A stretch of 64,000 bases of DNA from NCBI GenBank assembly GCA_965140415.1, contig OZ223209.1, positions 1,344,001 through 1,408,000 on the forward strand, written 5' to 3'. The stretch's first letter is position 1, and every line of letters begins with the position of its first letter. The position numbers and the translations under genes are program-made. This document shows positions 57,603 to 64,000 of the stretch, one piece after another. The notes beneath the pieces are model-generated. The model was not told the origin of the DNA. It saw only the letters and a list, made by a program, of their open reading frames with translations, and ran no database searches. This DNA is from Myxococcota bacterium. GTDB lineage: Bacteria; Myxococcota_A; SURF-8.

Positions 57603-60215
57603 TTAGAAAGCTCCATGTTCGGTACGCGCGATAATTTCATCTTGAATTTCGCTTCCCAGATCCACGAAGTAGGTGCTGTATCCGCCGACCTTGACGATCA
57701 GATCCTGGTGCTTTTCGGGATTCGTTTTCGCTTCGCGCAATTGCTCCGTGGAAACGCAGGTAGGCTGTAGCTGTGCGCCTCCCATGTTGAAGTAGGTACG
57801 GATCAGTTGTATCCATTTGCGTTGCGTTTCTTCGGTTTCGCCGATTGCACTGGGGTGGAATTTCATGTTGACGGCGCTGCCCATGACATCGCCAAACGGC
57901 AGGGCAGCGACCGAGCGAAGTGCGGCTGTTGCGCCGAAACGCTCGACGTTATACGGATTGCAACTGGCCGCATAAGGAAGCGCCGCCTTGCGACCGTCCG
58001 GTCCGGCGATGGAAAGCCGCCCGTCGATGGTATGGGTAATCATGCTGATGACGTACACCACGAAAGGCCCGTTCCGGGTGGTGCGATACTTGTAGGTGAT
58101 ATCGAATAGGCGCTTGCATACGGTGGCCGCCAGTTCATCCGATTCCGGGTGCCCGTTTCCCCATTTGCCGGGAAGAGCTTTGATCTTTTTTGCAAGCTCT
58201 TCATAACCGACGAAGGAGTGATCCATGGCTTCTAAAAGTTCGCGCATGCTGCAAGCACTCTCTTCGTAAACCAGCTTTTTGATGGCATAGAGCGAATCGA
58301 CCATGTTGGCGATGGAGTTGATCATCGAAATACCAGCCAGATCGTAGGTCGCACCACCAGTAGTGACATCTTGCTTGGATTGCAGGCAGCCATCCATGAA
58401 AGCCGAGATGTAAGGTGCAGGTAGATAGCGAGAGAATAACGAATCGCGCAGGTTCGATCCATTGACGAGTTTTTCGATGAAAAATTCCGCCTGCTTGTAA
58501 AGTGCTTCCAGGAAGGATTCGAAATCCGGGAAGTCGTCGGGATCGCCCGTGCTGGGGCCTTCCTGCTTGATGATCCCAGCCAAAATCGCCGAGTCCCCGT
58601 TGCGCATGGTGATGTCGAGCAGCCGTGCCAGTTGCAGCGCATTGGCGCTCATGCTACCGGTTTTTCCGGGACAGGTCGCTTCGACACAACCCATGACAGC
58701 GTAGTTTCTCGCATCCTCTTCCAGAAAGCCTCTCTGAAGCATGGATTCGATATGCGTCGTGTCGTTGAACAGGGAATAACTGGACGTACCCTGCTTCAGG
58801 TAGTGGGCCACGGCTTGCAGAAGCTCGCTGGGCGTGTTGTCGTGAATGCGGATGGACACGTTGGTGATGGCCTTGGAATGGTGCGCCGCTTCGATGAAAA
58901 GATAGGTCAGCTCATTGGTTGCGTCCTGGCCGCTTTCGTCCACACCACCTAAGGTGATCGGGGATGATCCCAGAAAGCGGTGATAGAAATTACTTAAAAT
59001 GTTGGATTCGGGACGAATGTTCTGGCTCATGATTTTAAGTAGCAGCTCTTCCAATAACTCCAGGGCGTCCTGTTTCGATATGTCGCCGCTTTCGATGTCG
59101 CGCCGGTAATAGTCGATCAGGCTCTGATCCAAACGACCGAAGCAATGCAGATTGACCGGATGAGCCAGTTCCAGAGCGGTCTTGACCGTCCACAGCGACT
59201 GAACCGCCTGCCGGAAACTGCCGGCGGGTTCGAAGGGAACGTGGCGGCAGATGTTAAGCATGGTTTCAAGTTCGCGCTTGCGTTCGCTGTCGTTTTCCCG
59301 TTCCATTTCGTTCGCAAGCTTTTCTGCCAAGCGCTTGGAAAACACCTCGACGCCTTGCAGCGCAACAAGTTGCGACTCCAGTGCGGCTTTCTGTTCGGCT
59401 GTCAGATTCTTTTGATCCAGGGCCGCACGAAGGTTTTCAATCAATCCCTTTAATCCAAGGCGAAGGACGCTTTCGTAATCCGCAATGACGTGCCCCTGAT
59501 AGGTGGCGATGGTCGTACAGGTGGAAACCATTTGCACCTGCCGCGACGTGTTGCCCGGCAGCGCCACGGCGAAGTCGTGCATGTCCTTGGAGTACAAGCC
59601 GGATTTCAGCGTCTCCCGTTCCAGGTGATCGACCACGGTTTGGCCGTCCCAATACGGGAGAAGCTGGCTCAGTAACTCTTTTCGATCGTCTTTATTGATG
59701 TGATAGGGATTGATGTTTCGCTCGCCCATGGTTTTGAAATCCATGTTCAGCGGTTGCGATCCCGCCATTTTGGCGAGCTTCTGATTGCGCATGAAGTCAC
59801 TAAGGGTTCCCTTTTTCAGCATGTAGGAAAGCCCTTTGGCCATCGAACCGATTCTGAAACGGATCATGGAGGATTTAGTCAATTCAGCCTGAAAGACCTT
59901 GTTGAACACGCCGCGCTCGATGTCGATGGGAACGCCAAGGAAGAATTCGGTCCAGCTACCGGCTATGCGTTCGTCCCGGTCGAGGTAGATCGTCATGTTT
60001 TCGAAAACGTGCTTCATTGCATGGGCCACGCGCAGAGGTAGCGGCATTCCCGAGTTTTCCGTTTGCTGCCAGCTTTGCGTGTAGTAGCGGGCGCGTTCGA
60101 CGGAAATCATGGCGGGTCCGAACTGGTAGCGATGCTTCATCCTGGCGATGCGGCTATCCGGTTCGTTTAGGTAGCGATCCGTTTCTGCTGATAGCTGATG
60201 TGTGGTTTCCAACAC
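57603..60215 (-). CDS. Glycyl radical enzyme (PFL2/dehydratase-eliminase superfamily), substrate unknown
   Basis: Cys loop MGCVE, Gly loop LIVKVGGYSTYF, FGRLDQ, QDEIIART. Confidence 0.93.
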   Translation of the reverse strand: MLETTHQLSAETDRYLNEPDSRIARMKHRYQFGPAMISVERARYYTQSWQQTENSGMPLPLRVAHAMKHVFENMTIYLDRDERIAGSWTEFFLGVPIDIERGVFNKVFQAELTKSSMIRFRIGSMAKGLSYMLKKGTLSDFMRNQKLAKMAGSQPLNMDFKTMGERNINPYHINKDDRKELLSQLLPYWDGQTVVDHLERETLKSGLYSKDMHDFAVALPGNTSRQVQMVSTCTTIATYQGHVIADYESVLRLGLKGLIENLRAALDQKNLTAEQKAALESQLVALQGVEVFSKRLAEKLANEMERENDSERKRELETMLNICRHVPFEPAGSFRQAVQSLWTVKTALELAHPVNLHCFGRLDQSLIDYYRRDIESGDISKQDALELLEELLLKIMSQNIRPESNILSNFYHRFLGSSPITLGGVDESGQDATNELTYLFIEAAHHSKAITNVSIRIHDNTPSELLQAVAHYLKQGTSSYSLFNDTTHIESMLQRGFLEEDARNYAVMGCVEATCPGKTGSMSANALQLARLLDITMRNGDSAILAGIIKQEGPSTGDPDDFPDFESFLEALYKQAEFFIEKLVNGSNLRDSLFSRYLPAPYISAFMDGCLQSKQDVTTGGATYDLAGISMINSIANMVDSLYAIKKLVYEESACSMRELLEAMDHSFVGYEELAKKIKALPGKWGNGHPESDELAATVCKRLFDITYKYRTTRNGPFVVYVISMITHTIDGRLSIAGPDGRKAALPYAASCNPYNVERFGATAALRSVAALPFGDVMGSAVNMKFHPSAIGETEETQRKWIQLIRTYFNMGGAQLQPTCVSTEQLREAKTNPEKHQDLIVKVGGYSTYFVDLGSEIQDEIIARTEHGAF

Positions 60216-60225
60216 GTCCTCGCTT

Positions 60226-60840
60226 TCACTTTTCCGGCGGTCCGTTCTCGACGGAATCGATCAGTACGTTTGCAAGCCAGCTTAAATGCAGCTTGCGCTC
60301 TTTGACCAACGCCTTTGACATCGGGTCTTTATTGAGCAGGCGGCTGAGCAACTCGTCGTAGGTGAAATAGCTGATGATCGCGCCGTAATAGCTGACGAGT
60401 AGATGCTCGGCAGCGGTTTCTCCCTTTTTCGTCTTCGGGTAGACGTCTTTTAGCGCCCGGATTCCGAGATCGAAGAGCGGGGTCATATGCGTGGCGATAC
60501 GATCCAGGTGAGCGCCCCCGGCGGCTTCCCGCTGGACGATGCGCCCGAAATTCCGATTCTCGATTAGGAAATCGACGTACGCATCGATCAGGGTTTGCAG
60601 GCGCTCGCGTAAGGTGACGTCCTGGGAAAGGGTGCTTTGCAACTGTTGACCTAGTTTCACGTAGTATCGGTCCAGTAGTTCGGTTAAAAGCCCCTGCTTG
60701 CTTTGAAAGTGGTAATGGATCAATGCCTTGTTCACGTTCGCACGTTCCGCAATTTCGCGGGTGGTTGTGGCATCGAAACCGATTTCACCGAACAGTTCAT
60801 CCGCTGCTTCAAGAATTTTCTCTTTTGCATTCGTACTCAT
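60226..60840 (-). CDS. TetR/AcrR family regulator
   Basis: ILEAA.ELF...GFDATTTREIAERANVNKALIHYHF.SK. Confidence 0.95.
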   Translation of the reverse strand: MSTNAKEKILEAADELFGEIGFDATTTREIAERANVNKALIHYHFQSKQGLLTELLDRYYVKLGQQLQSTLSQDVTLRERLQTLIDAYVDFLIENRNFGRIVQREAAGGAHLDRIATHMTPLFDLGIRALKDVYPKTKKGETAAEHLLVSYYGAIISYFTYDELLSRLLNKDPMSKALVKERKLHLSWLANVLIDSVENGPPEK

Positions 60841-60898
60841 AATCGACTCGCTCTATGAATGTGTGCGTGAAAATTAACCGGTCGCCCAATTAATTTCA

Positions 60899-60927
60899 AT
60901 TATCAGCATACCGCAGGGAATTGTCAA
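60899..60927 (-). promoter_or_regulatory. Putative sigma70 promoter of the tetR-GRE operon
   Basis: Minus strand TTGACA-N17-GATAAT. Confidence 0.65.
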
Positions 60928-61146
60928 GTCTATTCGTAAAAGGAAAAAATCAGCGAATTTGGCGGCGGTTACAAAGAAGAAATACCCTAGCCTTACGCTA
61001 CTGAAGATTGCGAAAAATCTCGTGTAGTGATGCAGCTACACACGGCCTCCCGGAATTTTCATTCCGTGAGACCATGGCACAGCTCCGATTGTTTGTCACG
61101 CGAGAAAGAAGGCGCTCCGGCAATGATCGATGCCTAAACCGGTTGG

Positions 61147-62571
61147 CTATGGTTCCAATTTTCCCGGATTCAGGATGCGATTCGGATCGAGCAGGTTTTT
61201 TACGCCCTCGATGACGTCGAGCATGGCTGGGTTGATCTTTTCGGCCATGCGCTTCCAGGCCCAGCTTGGCGTTTTGTACATCAGGAAACCCTTTTCGCTG
61301 AGCATGGTAAGCAATTCGCTGTTCAGCGCTTTGATGGCCTCGACTTCCTTTTCGTTCTTCTTGTCGAAAATGGCGATGAAGCGCAGAACGCCGAAGTGAC
61401 CGCCGCGCATGGGGCGGGAAACGATGATCGGTGGGAAACCATGGCGTGTCATGATTTCGATGCCCGCCTCTGCGCCTTCCTGAAATTTGGACAGGGGACC
61501 GTAGGTGCCGATCCAGGTCAAGCCGCCGCCGCCGTGGTCGGTGAGAAAATCCAGGTCCGTCGGGAATTCCGCGAACTTGTTCATCTTCGGGTTCACCTTG
61601 ACCAGCGTTTCGATATCCAGTGGGTCTTCGTAGCGTTCGCCATCTGCCCGTAACTCGTGGATGACGGAAAGCAGAATCTTCTCTTTGACCTTCATTTCTT
61701 CTTCGATCTCCGCCGTCAGATCGATGTAGAGGAAAAACTGCGGTTCGCCTTCGGAGGGGACCGGATGCGGTCGCTTGACGCCCATCATCATCTTGCCCGA
61801 AGGCCAGCTCAGTCCGCCGATGTCATCGCAGATTTCTTTTTTGACAAGTCGCCGCATGGCGCGATAGGTCGCCTGGGGATCGTAGGTCAAAATAAAGAGC
61901 CGCTTATTCAACGGATGGGCGGGCCAGAGCTGGAAGGCCATTTTGACGGCAACGCCCGTGGTGCCCTGCCAGCCGATGAACAAGCCGGTCAGATCTGGAA
62001 AAGGCACGAGTCCGAATGGTGTTGTGTTTTGATGCGCCCAGGCACCGGTTTTTAAGATGTCGCCATTGGGCATAACGACTTCCAGCCCGGAAATCCAGTC
62101 CGACTGATCACCGTATTTCAGCGAGCGGTTGGTCAAGCCGCCCAGCAAAGCATTGGCGAAAATCGAGGTGTTCGGCGGCGCCAGAGAATATCCCAATGTC
62201 AACGGCAGGTCGTGTTCGATGAGATAATCTTTGATGATCTGCTGGGTGACACCGGGCTCGATGATGGCGTACATGTCGTCTACGTTGACTTCCAGCACCC
62301 GATTCATGCGTGTCATGTCGAGCACCACACCGCCGCGCTCGGGGATGGTCAGCCCTCCGACATTGGTGCCGTAGGCACGCGGGGTAAGTGGCATTTTCAA
62401 CTCGTTGGCATGGGCGACGATTTTCCGTACCTGTTCCGCATTATCCACCATGGCCACAAATTGAGGATCGTGGGCGGGGGCCTCGGTAAAGTCCTCGCGA
62501 TATTTCGCGATGTCGTCCGTTTGTGTGAGCACATTTTCAGCGCCGAGCAGATCGATTAAAAATTGTTTCAC
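61147..62571 (-). CDS. FAD-binding oxidoreductase (GlcD/VAO-type, FAD_binding_4)
   Basis: TPRAYGTNVGG, LDMTRMNRVLEV, EPGV, LEVVMPNG, GTTGV, LDPNRILNPG. Confidence 0.9.
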   Translation of the reverse strand: MKQFLIDLLGAENVLTQTDDIAKYREDFTEAPAHDPQFVAMVDNAEQVRKIVAHANELKMPLTPRAYGTNVGGLTIPERGGVVLDMTRMNRVLEVNVDDMYAIIEPGVTQQIIKDYLIEHDLPLTLGYSLAPPNTSIFANALLGGLTNRSLKYGDQSDWISGLEVVMPNGDILKTGAWAHQNTTPFGLVPFPDLTGLFIGWQGTTGVAVKMAFQLWPAHPLNKRLFILTYDPQATYRAMRRLVKKEICDDIGGLSWPSGKMMMGVKRPHPVPSEGEPQFFLYIDLTAEIEEEMKVKEKILLSVIHELRADGERYEDPLDIETLVKVNPKMNKFAEFPTDLDFLTDHGGGGLTWIGTYGPLSKFQEGAEAGIEIMTRHGFPPIIVSRPMRGGHFGVLRFIAIFDKKNEKEVEAIKALNSELLTMLSEKGFLMYKTPSWAWKRMAEKINPAMLDVIEGVKNLLDPNRILNPGKLEP

Positions 62572-62640
62572 GGTATTGCTCTCCTTGATCGTCTGGTAAG
62601 AGATGGAATGCCTTTGTAAATTGAATCGATCGAAGCTGCA

Positions 62641-63012
62641 TCAGGTAGTAATCAAAGGCAGCATTTTCAGCAGGGCAAACGGATTGCCGCCGATCTTCAG
62701 CTTCCCGGCCATAAAGGGTGCGACCATTCCCGCTCCTGTGACTACACCGAGCAGTGAGGTCATGGTGCCGGCTACTCGTGCTTTGGATTGGCCCGTATCG
62801 CCGCGAATGATCGTCAGTTGACCGTCGGCAAAGCGCAGCGTGACCGACATATCCGCTGCCTTTACCAGGATGTCTCCGCTCATCGAGCAGGCGCGCGCGT
62901 ACTTGTGCTCGTCGGCGAGATTGTTGGAGAGCAGCCCGTGCATCAAAAGGCCAAGGATGCTCATTTTTTCCGGTTCCGCAAGGACCACCCGCTCATTGAC
63001 ATCTCGTTGCAT
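62641..63012 (-). CDS. SCP2 sterol/lipid-binding domain protein
   Basis: PFMAGKLKIGGN C-terminal SCP2 signature, 123 aa. Confidence 0.75.
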   Translation of the reverse strand: MQRDVNERVVLAEPEKMSILGLLMHGLLSNNLADEHKYARACSMSGDILVKAADMSVTLRFADGQLTIIRGDTGQSKARVAGTMTSLLGVVTGAGMVAPFMAGKLKIGGNPFALLKMLPLITT

Positions 63013-63035
63013 GTTGTTCCCTCGATTTCATCATG

Positions 63036-63998
63036 TTATCTGGATAGTGACGTTCTACAGTCGATTCCCTCCACAAAACAAGGGCCGTCGTTGCAGTGCA
63101 TCACGATGCGTCCCTCCTCACCCTTGGCGAAATAGTCGGCAACCTGTTGGTATACTTCCTCGTTGCAGCGCAGGGCATGATGCGCGCCGTTATCGAAAGT
63201 ATCTGCGTTACTGTAACTGGGTTCCTCTTTGCCGGCGTCGTAGAGCACCATACCGGAACTTCCTGCTTGCGTTGGAGTTGAGATGGTCGCGGTCGCGCCG
63301 AAGATTTCATGCGTGCTCGGCAATACGAGAGGAATGTCCGCAGAGCGTAAGAGGGCATATGCGCCGAAATCGGGGGCGTTGGCATCGTGATAGGAAACCT
63401 GCCAAAGCAGATTCTTTTCGGATTTTCCGTCTAGACGGGATATTAAGAAACGCTCTCGCCAGTTGATGGGGTCGATGGGGTCCAGTGCTCGCTGGACCAG
63501 GGCGAGAATGATCTGCTGATGAATGGGATTCGGTTGAAAGATTTCCAGCATCGCCTGAAAATCCGTGAATTCGGCGGAATGCTGCAATAACGAGGAAAAC
63601 ATGGCGCTGGGCACGTGCAATACCGCCGTGCCGATATCTTCCGACAATGCAATACCGACTGCACCGGCTATGGCTCCCAGGCTGATTCCGAAGTAATAGG
63701 TTCGATTCGGATCGATCAGGGAATCGCCTGCACTGTTCAAAAGCAAAGGATCTTGCTTCAAGGTGGTATTGACGAAGTCCGCCATGCGGTCGTAATCGAG
63801 CATGCCTTGAATCAGGCTGTCGTGCAGCATCCACATGCGGTCGAAGGTTTGCAGGATCGTGACGATGTCGCCAAGGTCCGCAGTGGCCATGCCTTTGAAG
63901 TCCGCACCAATGGCAAACACGCCCAGCTCATCAGCCATTTCCAAGGTGCCGTTTTCGTCGCGATCCGTCATGATATAGCGCCAGGCGGCGGACATCAG
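63036..63998 (-). CDS. Alpha/beta hydrolase-fold protein (C-terminal part, truncated by window edge)
   Basis: YFGISLGAIAG nucleophile elbow, DPIDPIN, GAH; frame open to the window end. Confidence 0.7.
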   Translation of the reverse strand: MMSAAWRYIMTDRDENGTLEMADELGVFAIGADFKGMATADLGDIVTILQTFDRMWMLHDSLIQGMLDYDRMADFVNTTLKQDPLLLNSAGDSLIDPNRTYYFGISLGAIAGAVGIALSEDIGTAVLHVPSAMFSSLLQHSAEFTDFQAMLEIFQPNPIHQQIILALVQRALDPIDPINWRERFLISRLDGKSEKNLLWQVSYHDANAPDFGAYALLRSADIPLVLPSTHEIFGATATISTPTQAGSSGMVLYDAGKEEPSYSNADTFDNGAHHALRCNEEVYQQVADYFAKGEEGRIVMHCNDGPCFVEGIDCRTSLSR

Positions 63999-64000
63999 CC

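Noticed and set aside
57603-60215. Pyruvate formate-lyase
   Set aside because: Single Cys (GCVE) instead of the adjacent Cys-Cys pair; activase has a ferredoxin insert

Overview
GC-rich bacterial chromosomal window. The TIGR04551-like barrel, Cys-rich DGD-linker lipoproteins and a MYXO-CTERM-like tail suggest a Myxococcota/deltaproteobacterial-type organism (inference). In order it carries: a Na/Pi cotransporter, pepT and an ArsR regulator; a compact Pil-Chp-type chemosensory operon divergent from a UbiA-family polyprenyl-phosphate phosphoribosyltransferase; a partial complex I cluster (nuoABCDHI); an ABC-2 exporter, ADP-forming acyl-CoA synthetase, hydrolase and RRM protein; a surface-glycan locus; a DGD-repeat surface protein; a TonB receptor / exported CobN-like / ExbB-like / DUF2149 operon; nadA; a small accessory island (SGNH lipoprotein, IS200, RloA/RloB-like pair, 60-bp direct repeats); mlaEF; and a tightly coupled 8-gene glycyl radical enzyme operon. 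The best candidate for an undescribed system is that operon (TetR, atypical GRE, activase, double-SDR fusion, Adc-like protein, atypical acyl-CoA dehydrogenase, two transporters), which sits next to lipid-handling genes. No rRNA, tRNA or CRISPR array was seen. All calls come from motif recognition by eye; no database searches were run.
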